Source: Roseofilum halophilum BLCC-M91 (lineage in GTDB: Bacteria; Cyanobacteriota; Cyanobacteriia; Cyanobacteriales; Desertifilaceae). From it: a stretch of DNA of 32,000 bases. The stretch lies in contig NZ_JAQPOK010000012.1 of assembly GCF_030068445.1 (NCBI RefSeq), positions 1-32,000 on the forward strand. The letters are read 5' to 3'. This document shows, piece by piece, positions 8,315 to 16,491 of the stretch. A program made the position numbers and the translations under genes. The first letter of the stretch is position 1, and every line of letters starts with the position of its first letter. The notes under the pieces are model-generated. The model was not told where the DNA came from, searched no databases, and worked only from the letters and a program-made list of their open reading frames with translations.

Positions 8315-9109
8315 CTATTGAGCCGCAAGTTTGGCAAAAGCCCGATCGATTTTGAGTAACATCTGTCTTACTCGCTCCTCTAGGAGATCATAATTAATAT
8401 AAATGATCTCCCAAAACTCTTTACCTGCAAGACGAGGAATTCGGGCATCATTAAATGTCCATTCTCCTAAATCAAAGGCTGATATGAAAACTGGATTTTC
8501 ATGAATCGCTAATTCTTTTTTAGCTCTACTGCGTTGGGAACCCGTCAATGTTCCTTTTAAGGTCTTAATTTGTGCAAACACAATTTTATCTTGTGATAAG
8601 ATAAGCAGATCGATTCCCTTAATTTTAATTCCAAATTGAATTTCAGGAATAATTATATAAGGACTAATATCAGCTATATCTTCCCAAAGCCTACCCATTT
8701 TTGTACTTAGACTTCTGGTGACTGAGTTACTGGTCATTAGTAATTTTGCCCCACATAGCTCAAAAAGATTTTTAGGTTTAGGATGGGATTCCAAGAGAAG
8801 ACTTTGGTTTTGAAAATCTACTGTTAACCACTCAATAAAATTATCGGTAAATTGGTTGGTTTTGCTAGAAATTAACTGATATTGTTTATCCAATTCTAAA
8901 ATGGTTCCATTTTGCAAATCTTGTGCAAGTTGATATTCAAAGTAACCCGGTGCTATTGAGGAAATGATTTTTCCATATTGGTAGGGCTTATGTAAATCTT
9001 CATCAGTAATATGGGTCACCTTAATCAATGAAGCATGATGCAAAATGAGTGATTTCCTTTCTTCAACAGAAAGCGATATTAACGTCTCAGCAGATAATGG
9101 ACTAAGCAT
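8315..9109 (-). CDS. Candidate type II restriction endonuclease, PD-(D/E)XK-like
   Basis: Convergent, 6 bp from the m5C MTase stop; candidate core E156...GIDLLILSQDKIVFAQIK (D-X(n)-QXK). Confidence 0.55.
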   Translation of the reverse strand: MLSPLSAETLISLSVEERKSLILHHASLIKVTHITDEDLHKPYQYGKIISSIAPGYFEYQLAQDLQNGTILELDKQYQLISSKTNQFTDNFIEWLTVDFQNQSLLLESHPKPKNLFELCGAKLLMTSNSVTRSLSTKMGRLWEDIADISPYIIIPEIQFGIKIKGIDLLILSQDKIVFAQIKTLKGTLTGSQRSRAKKELAIHENPVFISAFDLGEWTFNDARIPRLAGKEFWEIIYINYDLLEERVRQMLLKIDRAFAKLAAQ

Positions 9110-9130
9110 GATTAAACCAGTGGAAGCATT

Positions 9131-11659
9131 TTAAGTTAAATCCAGACTTTGCGCCAGTTGCCACGCTTTGAAGAAACGACCTTGCATAGCCCAGGAAATG
9201 GCTTGTAAGGCTTGCAGTTCTGGCTCGTCTGGTTTGAGCTGTAGGGCAGTTTCTAGAACTTTTTGCGCTTTTTGAGGTTTCCAGTCATAAAGATAGACGA
9301 CGGCTAAATAGGCCCAGGGATAGGGGCTGTTTGGCTCTAGGGTGGTGAGGGGATCTAAGGCGGCGATCGCCCCCGGCACATCTTGACGCAATACCCGCGA
9401 TAGCACCAAGCCATACAGCCAGTCTACCCGGTTCGGATCTTGCTGTAGTCGATAACTCAAGGTGCGATCGACTTGCCATAAATAATCTTGCGTCGGATCG
9501 TATTGGTTAATCCGGCCCACTTCGGCGAAAATATGCTCTAGAGCTGTCGGCCCTTGGGATAACGTCCCTGCAAACTGGCGAAACTGGGTCGATAAATCCA
9601 ACTCTAAAGCGGGTTGGATGGGAGCCTCTAAAGATAAACTGATGGGAATGGGAGGAATGGGAACATCTTGCGCAGGAGTCTCCCAATTTCGGTCTGGCAG
9701 ATATTGCACCTTTAATAAATAACTTCCCGGTTCCATATCCGCAGGGGGTAACATCGAGGTCAACTCGCTCACTTCCACCCCTTGCTCTGGATCGAGGTTT
9801 TCCGGAGCGTAGAGATTTCCCATTCCGAACCCATGGTCATGTATCCAGGCAATTTGACCATCTCTTTCCCGAATCCAAGTAATTAGCACTAAACCTGATT
9901 GTAGATCTTTCCAGGGGCCGCGCCATTGGTAGGTTACAGGAACGGGACTTCCGGGAGGGACGGGACTGGAGACAAACAAGTTATAGAGCTGGACTTCAGC
10001 CAGGGGTTGAGGAAGGGGAACCACCTGCACGGGGGGAGTATGCTGATGATAAAGATTGAGTTGCGTGCCATCGTTGAGAGACCAGGATCGATGCAGGTTA
10101 AATAAGCCACCGGTTTCAATGAAGTGGGTTAATTGTTGTCGTTCTGCGCTTGGTGCTGAACCTTGTTGACCGGTTTTGGTGATAAACCAACGCAGCGATC
10201 GCCCATCTTGTAGAATGTGTTCAGGATTGGTTCCCACTTGCCGACCATAGACCTGTCCATTTCGCACTTGCCCATAGTAGTTAATATTATGCTGATTTAA
10301 GGTTGGCTTGGAGGGCAAAACCCCAACATTGGAGCGTAGATAGGGTTCGGTTTTAATCATTTCATCGATGACTTTGGGATGGGGAGCAGGTAACCCCAAT
10401 TCTGGATAATGCATCCCTCCGGGACTCAATGCTTGCATCAAGAATTGTCCTCCGAGGGGATAGAGGTTTAAGAACATCAATAAACCCGCTAATCCTACGG
10501 TTCCCCAACGGATTTTGGGGCCCCATTTGCGACTGAGTTTATCCCACTGATTTAAACCGCAAGCCAGCAGGAGGGAGAGAACGGGAAGAAAGGGGAGAAT
10601 GTAGCGCGTATCTTTGTTGACGTTTAAGGAACAGAGAAAGTAAGACCCGACTAGAAATAGGAGTATCCAAACGGTTTTAGGGTGCTGTTTTAGGTTTAGT
10701 CGTTTTTTGGAGCTACAAAATTGAATCCCTAAACCGATGAAACCGACGATCGCCATCCATAATAGGGGCCAAGAGACCAGCTCTGGCAGGTCTTTCCAGT
10801 AATAGAGCCAAGCATCGAGGGTATGGAGGGGGGGGTCACCTTCGGCGATCGCCGCGTCTACGGTGGCTCGTTTTCCGGAGGTGAGCATCAGTAACCAGTT
10901 GGTACGCACCCAAGGATAGAGTAGGGTGATGGCGATCGCACCCCCTAAAAGCCATTGGCCGAAGCGTTCCCACTGTCGCTGATAGAGGGTGCTGATTCCG
11001 GAAACGGCGATCGGGGTCAGCAAAAAAAATAGCGCTGTTTGTTTCGTTAGCAATGCTAATCCTACGGAAACACCCATCAGCGCAGCCATTCCCCACTGTT
11101 GCAGTCTCGCAGATTTTTGGGAAAACCACCATAAAGTCAGACAAAAAAAGCTCCATGTCACCATCGCCGTTAAGGGATAATCCAGGAGAAAATCCAGGCG
11201 ATAGCGATAGAGTCCGGGTAGCAACATACACAACAGAGCCGCCCACAGTCCCAGATGGCTATTGAACAGGAGGCGACCTAATCCATAAACTGAACCCAGG
11301 AGAATAGCGCTATAGAGCAGCATCACCAGGGTTGAGGAATCCGGACTTGCGCCAAAAATCTGCACAAAGGGAACCGTCGTCACATAAACTAGGGGCGGAA
11401 TTTTGGGAGAAAGGAGCCAAAATTGATGCCACCAGTCGCCAGAAAAAAATTGGGCGTTTTCCAAGATACGCTGATATTCTAAGACCCAATTGAGATAGTC
11501 GGCCTGATCCCAAGCCGGAACCCGGCGATCGATCGCCAACCAGAGGCGATCGCCCACCATCACCAAAAACATCATCAACCCCAGCGCTAACACCGGATCG
11601 GTTTCCGTATTTTTCTCAGACCAACGGTGCTGAGTTTTTTCCAATGCTTCCTTAGTCAT
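9131..11659 (-). CDS. Multi-pass membrane glycosyltransferase (family 39-like) with TPR-like C-terminus
   Basis: 842 aa; N-terminal PAWDQADYLNWVLEYQRIL, DTRYILPFLPVLSLLLACGL, many hydrophobic helices; C-terminal NSPYPWAYLAVVYLYDWKPQKAQKVLETALQLKPDEPELQAL TPR-like units. Confidence 0.82.
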   Translation of the reverse strand: MTKEALEKTQHRWSEKNTETDPVLALGLMMFLVMVGDRLWLAIDRRVPAWDQADYLNWVLEYQRILENAQFFSGDWWHQFWLLSPKIPPLVYVTTVPFVQIFGASPDSSTLVMLLYSAILLGSVYGLGRLLFNSHLGLWAALLCMLLPGLYRYRLDFLLDYPLTAMVTWSFFCLTLWWFSQKSARLQQWGMAALMGVSVGLALLTKQTALFFLLTPIAVSGISTLYQRQWERFGQWLLGGAIAITLLYPWVRTNWLLMLTSGKRATVDAAIAEGDPPLHTLDAWLYYWKDLPELVSWPLLWMAIVGFIGLGIQFCSSKKRLNLKQHPKTVWILLFLVGSYFLCSLNVNKDTRYILPFLPVLSLLLACGLNQWDKLSRKWGPKIRWGTVGLAGLLMFLNLYPLGGQFLMQALSPGGMHYPELGLPAPHPKVIDEMIKTEPYLRSNVGVLPSKPTLNQHNINYYGQVRNGQVYGRQVGTNPEHILQDGRSLRWFITKTGQQGSAPSAERQQLTHFIETGGLFNLHRSWSLNDGTQLNLYHQHTPPVQVVPLPQPLAEVQLYNLFVSSPVPPGSPVPVTYQWRGPWKDLQSGLVLITWIRERDGQIAWIHDHGFGMGNLYAPENLDPEQGVEVSELTSMLPPADMEPGSYLLKVQYLPDRNWETPAQDVPIPPIPISLSLEAPIQPALELDLSTQFRQFAGTLSQGPTALEHIFAEVGRINQYDPTQDYLWQVDRTLSYRLQQDPNRVDWLYGLVLSRVLRQDVPGAIAALDPLTTLEPNSPYPWAYLAVVYLYDWKPQKAQKVLETALQLKPDEPELQALQAISWAMQGRFFKAWQLAQSLDLT

Positions 11660-11711
11660 GCGATCCTTTCGGCATTTTAATATGGGGTATTCGGGCTTCT
11701 AAACTAATCCA

Positions 11712-11836
11712 GTAGTGCCGTGACACAGCTAAAATAGTGCATTAGCGTAGGGTGGGTTAGGCGGCTAAAACCTAGACTCTGACAGCAATCTATCAATCCG
11801 CCGTAACCCACCATTTTAGGGTTGTCACGGCACTAC
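11712..11836. mobile_element. MITE-like element, about 125 bp
   Basis: Starts GTAGTGCCGTGACAcagctaaaat and ends attttagggtTGTCACGGCACTAC; 14 bp perfect terminal inverted repeats with imperfect extension inward; no ORF. Confidence 0.78.
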
Positions 11837-11941
11837 GATCCTAATATCCACAGGAATTAAGTGCAAACTTAAAGAGCAATTGTATTACAGAAGAAGCAAT
11901 TATAATTGAAATTTACCCAAATGGAAATTGGAAGTTTGTTA

Positions 11942-12136
11942 ATGAAGTCTGATTTTGAGTTAATGACGATGAAAGAACTTCAAAAGTATGTTCTAGAGCA
12001 TAGAAATGACCAAGCCGCATTTCAAGCGCTTATGGATCGGGTTGATGCCGTCCCCCAGAATCAAGTCTATGGAGAGGTGAATGCTCAGGAATTCTCTGTA
12101 CTCCTTGAGCAGTCTCGTCATATCAAATCCGAATAA
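11942..12136 (+). CDS. Small DUF6887-like hypothetical protein
   Basis: MKSDFELMTMKELQKYVLEHRNDQAAFQALMDRVD resembles the cyanobacterial MTxKELKxYVLEHRxDxxAF family; internal ATG chosen over the track start at 11906. Confidence 0.6.
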   Translation: MKSDFELMTMKELQKYVLEHRNDQAAFQALMDRVDAVPQNQVYGEVNAQEFSVLLEQSRHIKSE

Positions 12137-12175
12137 TTAGTCACACTATGTTATCACTAATTATTCGGACTCGAT

Positions 12176-13249
12176 TTAAATATACCGAGAAATATCCTCC
12201 TGACAATCATCCGCCAGATAAGACAAAGCGCGGAAACGCAACCCCACCAACTGCTCATAAAGCGGATTTAACTTACACATCGGGGGAATATGGACAATTT
12301 TATGGCCAAACAGCTTAATATCCCGTTCAAACGGACATTGGGGCGGAATCATTTTACAGAGAAACCTAGCCATATAAGGCGTATTAATATCCAAACCATC
12401 TAACCACTGCCGCACCGGATGCAAAACATCACCTTCCGGAAAAGTCGCTTGCAACTTTTCAATCATCGCTTGCCGTTTTTGCTCCGGTAGAGTGTCTGAA
12501 GTAATCAATAAAAACTTCAGCACATCTAACACCTCACTCGAAGGCTCTAGAGCTTCACAATAATCTTGTAAAACCCGATCTTCCTCCTCAGAATAGGTTC
12601 CATTAGCCAACGCCATAATCACCCCAGTCCGCAGAAAATTCTCCGCCACTGAAGTTTCTCGCCCTAAAACTGCTGCCAATTCTTCGCCCGTAATCGGTTT
12701 CAGGGAGCCTAAATTGAGATTAGAGCCTAACTCATCTTTAATTAATTCAGAAATTAGCTCTTTTTCCTCTGGATTATATTCACCATCTGCCCAAGCAATA
12801 GTGAGTAAACCTCTTAGCCAGGCAGTGACATGATGGTTAAGAATACGCACTCGCTGACACAAAAGCCGAATTATATTTAACCCCAACTCTGGATATTTTT
12901 CAATAGTTTTATAGAGATTTGTTTGAGATAAAACCAAACATTTACACTCTTCTAGGGCAGTGACAGAAGCCGAATGGCACTGGGAATCTAAAACCGACAT
13001 TTCGCCAAAATAGTCGCCCGGTTTGAAATGAGCTAACCTCAGTCCGCCGATATGGACTTCAACTTCTCCAGACACGAGAATATAGAGATAAGAACCAATT
13101 TCATCTTGACGAAAAATGGTGTGACCGGCGGGAAATTCAATTTCTCCCAATTGATCTGCTATTTCAGCTAAAAAAACATCATTTTTAGCTTCAATATTAC
13201 CAAAGAGGGGAATATCTTTCAGAAGTTCAAGGGACTGTGTAGAGATCAT
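12176..13249 (-). CDS. Cyclic nucleotide-binding domain protein with TerB-like middle and Mo-dependent nitrogenase C-terminal-like (Mo-nitro_C) tail
   Basis: N-terminus IFRQDEIGSYLYILVSGEVEVHIGGLRLAHFKPGDYFGEMSVLDSQCHSASVTALEECKCLVL; middle LLTIAWADGEYNPEEKELISELIKDEL; tail LDINTPYMARFLCKMIPPQCPFERDIKLFGHKIVHIPPMCKLNPLYEQLVGLRFRALSYLADDC. Confidence 0.82.
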   Translation of the reverse strand: MISTQSLELLKDIPLFGNIEAKNDVFLAEIADQLGEIEFPAGHTIFRQDEIGSYLYILVSGEVEVHIGGLRLAHFKPGDYFGEMSVLDSQCHSASVTALEECKCLVLSQTNLYKTIEKYPELGLNIIRLLCQRVRILNHHVTAWLRGLLTIAWADGEYNPEEKELISELIKDELGSNLNLGSLKPITGEELAAVLGRETSVAENFLRTGVIMALANGTYSEEEDRVLQDYCEALEPSSEVLDVLKFLLITSDTLPEQKRQAMIEKLQATFPEGDVLHPVRQWLDGLDINTPYMARFLCKMIPPQCPFERDIKLFGHKIVHIPPMCKLNPLYEQLVGLRFRALSYLADDCQEDISRYI

Positions 13250-13752
13250 GATAAAACTTGCCGTTGTACCTGGTTATAAAAGATGTCTTCAGATGCTCCA
13301 AAGAGGCGATTGAGTTTACGCACCCGTTGGCAAAGAACGTTAATCATTTTTATGGCTACTTTGGGCCGTTCTTTGATCGCTTGATAAACTTGTTCTTGGG
13401 TTAAAACCAGACATTGACAGGGTTCTAGGGCTGTCACGGAAGCCGATCGCGGCCGAGATTCAAAGATCGCCATTTCACCAAAATAAGATCCGGCAGTCAG
13501 TTCTGCCAGTTGCACGTCATCAAAATGGACTTTAACCCGACCGGAAAAAAGAATGTATAATAAGTCGCCGCGATCGCCTTGAGTAAAAATGGTATGGTCT
13601 GGGGGAAACTGCACCTCTTCTAAATGAGTGGCTAACTGTTCTATGAACTCCGTTTGAGCGAGATCTTGGAAAATGACCAGCTCGGTTAAAAATTTGAGTC
13701 GGTCAGTTACACTCAACATGGGTTTTTCTCGATCGCCTGTATCAGTCACCAT
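13246..13752 (-). CDS. Cyclic nucleotide-binding (CRP-like effector) domain protein without DNA-binding domain
   Basis: IFTQGDRGDLLYILFSGRVKVHFDDVQLAELTAGSYFGEMAIFESRPRSASVTALEPCQCLVL; overlaps the downstream gene by 4 bp. Confidence 0.88.
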   Translation of the reverse strand: MVTDTGDREKPMLSVTDRLKFLTELVIFQDLAQTEFIEQLATHLEEVQFPPDHTIFTQGDRGDLLYILFSGRVKVHFDDVQLAELTAGSYFGEMAIFESRPRSASVTALEPCQCLVLTQEQVYQAIKERPKVAIKMINVLCQRVRKLNRLFGASEDIFYNQVQRQVLS

Positions 13753-13880
13753 AGGCTTTGAAGGAATTGAAACTGCCTGCTTCTAAGCTACCATGTCATT
13801 TGGCTTCTGAGCAGTAGGGAAAACATCCCAAGTCATGGGTTAAGCTTCTGGATTGGTAAATAGATTGGATAAGCATAGCA

Positions 13881-14066
13881 ACGAGGACTATCCCGCAAGG
13901 ATATAGTAGAGCTATTTCGGCTCATCGACTGGCTGATGGAACTTCCAGAACCAGAAGAGCGGCGGTTATGGGCAGAAATGGAAACCTTAGAGGATGAAGT
14001 GGCTACATCAGCAGAAGAGCCAGATAGCCCAGAAGAGTGATGTTTCTCTCCTTAACGATCTGATCC
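13881..14066 (+). pseudogene. Internally deleted remnant of an Rpn-family/PD-(D/E)XK nuclease gene
   Basis: Near-identical to 17888-18001 joined directly to 18230-about 18304 of the intact gene in this window; same stop and immediate 3' flank (tgatgtttct). Confidence 0.85.
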
Positions 14067-14069
14067 GAT

Positions 14070-14810
14070 TTAGAATGCCTTTAAAAACTGGTCAATCACA
14101 GCGACGGGTTGACTCGCACACTGTGACTGGTCATAAATGCGGATCAGATCGATACCCGGAAGCTGCTCCAAATCACTTAATTCTGGAAGATCTAACTCTT
14201 TTGACTGCACAATGAGTAAGCCTGATTTATCTTGATGCTGCACCAGGAGATCGAAAACATAACTTTGGCGGCTATTTGCGATCGTCAGACGGAATTGGGG
14301 ACTGACCAGAAAATTGATATTGCGAGCCTCAAGAATTTCTGCAAGTGTGGCGACAATGGAGCAATGACAGGTTAAATTTTGCCAGCGAAGAATGGCATCT
14401 TGGGAATAGGTCAAAGAATGGGTATCCGAGGAAGAATCTGTAACCGCAGGTTCAATTAAATTAGCAACTAAACGAGAACCCGCTAAATTCGCTCCACTGA
14501 GATCCGCACCACTCAAGTTAACCTCAATCACCAAATTGCGCTGAATATTCACTTTGTGACGGTGGAGATAACGACGCAGAACCGCTTTCAGATTATCTTT
14601 TTTAACCCGCTCCCCTAACTCCTGAGAGATCCGCTTCCACAGTTTAGCGCCCACATCCTTGATATAATCGGGATCGTAGCCCGCATCCTGGGCAATTTTA
14701 CTGTAAGATTTGCCTTCCCAAGATTGCCGAAAGACAAGTTCTTGGACTTGAGTTAAAGCTTCATAGTCCAAAATGGTTTCCACCCAAGTCAAGGCTTCAT
14801 CAACGGTCAT
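14070..14810 (-). CDS. vWA-MoxR-associated-type N-terminal HTH protein with short pentapeptide-repeat segment and extra C-terminal domain
   Basis: MTVDEALTWVETILDYEALTQVQELVFRQSWEGKSYSKIAQDAGYDPDYIKDVGAKLWKRISQELGERVKKDNLKAVLRRY; NLSGADLSGANLAGSRLVAN. Confidence 0.8.
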   Translation of the reverse strand: MTVDEALTWVETILDYEALTQVQELVFRQSWEGKSYSKIAQDAGYDPDYIKDVGAKLWKRISQELGERVKKDNLKAVLRRYLHRHKVNIQRNLVIEVNLSGADLSGANLAGSRLVANLIEPAVTDSSSDTHSLTYSQDAILRWQNLTCHCSIVATLAEILEARNINFLVSPQFRLTIANSRQSYVFDLLVQHQDKSGLLIVQSKELDLPELSDLEQLPGIDLIRIYDQSQCASQPVAVIDQFLKAF

Positions 14811-15643
14811 TGGGGGATACTAGCAAGCCATTCTGTTAAGTCCTGCTGTTGTTGGAAGTTAGGCATCGCTTCCATTAACCCTTGGAGTTGGGTGAACGAC
14901 AGATTATAAATTTTCTCTTCCGTCTCTGCTGCGATCTTCCCAAGTTTGTGGCGTAACATCATCAAGACCGCTTCCTGGCGGCCTTCCTGAAGACCTTCTT
15001 GGCGACCTTTTTGCAGGATAAACTGATAAAAAGAAGAGTCTTCCAGCAAGTCTTCGCGGAAGAGGTCTTGAATAATTTCCGGGTTGTGAATCAGTCCAGA
15101 CATAATAGCAGTACAGGCGATGATTTCTTTGCGTTGATTAGGGTCAGGAATTTTGCGCGTGGCCTCTGCTACCTGTTGTAGCAGATCTCGCGGCGCATTG
15201 CTACGGGTTAGAGGGGCTAAAGGGAGAAGAGCAGCATCATTGAGGAAGGGAGCAGGATCTTGTTCCCACAAACGGAGGACGCGATATGTGTGAAGGGTAT
15301 TTTGGACTTGGAAGCGATCGACATACACTTCAGGTGAGTTGGTCTGTTTCAGAAAAATGACCACTTGCTCAATGGTACAGTGATATTTCCGATAAAGCCT
15401 TAACCAATAGTCGATCATCCGCTCTGGTAAGGGGGGGTTAGGTTTGGGAACGCGCTCAAATTCCAGATGCAGGATAGTATCGGCTGCTTTGAGTAAGATT
15501 AAGGAGTCAGCACGAACCGGTTCAGTAGAGAGTTCAGTTTTAATCACTTGCACATTGCTGGCATTGACTTGGGGAAGCAGCAAACGGACAAAACTGATTG
15601 GGTTTTGGGTTGCCAGGAATTTACAGGTGTTGTCAAAAGCCAC
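14807..15643 (-). CDS. Rpn-family (recombination-promoting nuclease/putative transposase-like) protein
   Basis: ADSLILLKAADTILHLEFERVP...MIDYWLRLYRKYHCTIEQVVIFLKQT; LQKGRQEGLQEGRQEAVLMMLRHKLG...I. Stop overlaps the next gene start by 4 bp. Confidence 0.78.
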   Translation of the reverse strand: MAFDNTCKFLATQNPISFVRLLLPQVNASNVQVIKTELSTEPVRADSLILLKAADTILHLEFERVPKPNPPLPERMIDYWLRLYRKYHCTIEQVVIFLKQTNSPEVYVDRFQVQNTLHTYRVLRLWEQDPAPFLNDAALLPLAPLTRSNAPRDLLQQVAEATRKIPDPNQRKEIIACTAIMSGLIHNPEIIQDLFREDLLEDSSFYQFILQKGRQEGLQEGRQEAVLMMLRHKLGKIAAETEEKIYNLSFTQLQGLMEAMPNFQQQQDLTEWLASIPQ

Positions 15644-15853
15644 AATCTACAAGAGACCCAAACGTGAAGTTTCTTCACTATTCTACCTCATATTGGGGTA
15701 GCACCTGACATTTGCCTTACTTTTTGATTACTTTTTGCTACTGACAGAGTGAGCATAAACAATTATCCTTTTAGAGGGGAGTATATAATCATACAGAAAA
15801 TCCTTCTAATTTCAACATTCTAATGTCCTTCTTGACTCAGGAGGCTTGCTACC

Positions 15854-16489
15854 TTGGATATCTTGATCAAATTGATTACGCCAGGCCCTTTTGCTTTGCC
15901 TTCAGGCTTTGGTCTTCGCGTTGTCAGTAGCTGGTTTGTTTCTCACTTTATTTTGACATTTGTAATTGCTTTTTTTGCTATAGTTTCAGGTGATCTAAAA
16001 GATCCAGATTTCGGTTATCTAGCTTACAATGGAAGCCTATTTGGAGTCGCGCTGTGTTTTTATGGGTTACTGGGAATAGCTATAGATTATATGCGAGGGA
16101 ACCGACCTTATTATCCGGGATGGTATTGGTATTTATACCCTTGGATTTCAGCATTTTATGTGGTGATATTATTGGTGATCTTTCTACTATCCCTTTTGGG
16201 GGTGAGTTTACCAGAACAACAAACTAGGAAGCTCACTAGAGATCGGTTACATCAAGCTCTTGAACAATCCTCTCTCCAAGATTTATTAGAGAATTATGGT
16301 AATGCATTTGAAGAACTAAAAAAAAGAGAGCAAGCAGGAAAGCTCGATCCGGCTCAAGCAGAGGTTGTCAGAAAGTTGAGGACTTTTGATCGCTCGAAGT
16401 ATGATAGAAAGATCACCTCGCTGTTGAGTCAGGAAGAATTTAAAAGACTATTTATCCTGATGTTGATTGTAATGTTGATAGAGGAATAA
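15854..16489 (+). CDS. Multi-pass membrane protein of unknown function (TTG start)
   Basis: 211 aa with several hydrophobic helices (SWFVSHFILTFVIAFFAIVSG, SLFGVALCFYGLLGIAIDYM, YPWISAFYVVILLVIFLLSLLG), cytosol-type coiled segment, and a C-terminal LFILMLIVMLI; AGGAGG upstream at about 15839. Confidence 0.65.
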   Translation: MDILIKLITPGPFALPSGFGLRVVSSWFVSHFILTFVIAFFAIVSGDLKDPDFGYLAYNGSLFGVALCFYGLLGIAIDYMRGNRPYYPGWYWYLYPWISAFYVVILLVIFLLSLLGVSLPEQQTRKLTRDRLHQALEQSSLQDLLENYGNAFEELKKREQAGKLDPAQAEVVRKLRTFDRSKYDRKITSLLSQEEFKRLFILMLIVMLIEE

Positions 16490-16491
16490 CC

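Noticed and set aside
10836-11246. 136-aa plus/minus shadow ORFs inside the glycosyltransferase gene
   Set aside because: The 842-aa glycosyltransferase frame clearly explains the sequence; the composition-rich opposite frames are by-products.
13994-14215. 73-aa plus-strand ORF MKWLHQQKSQIAQ...
   Set aside because: Starts in the deleted Rpn remnant in the wrong frame and runs antisense into the HTH/pentapeptide gene.
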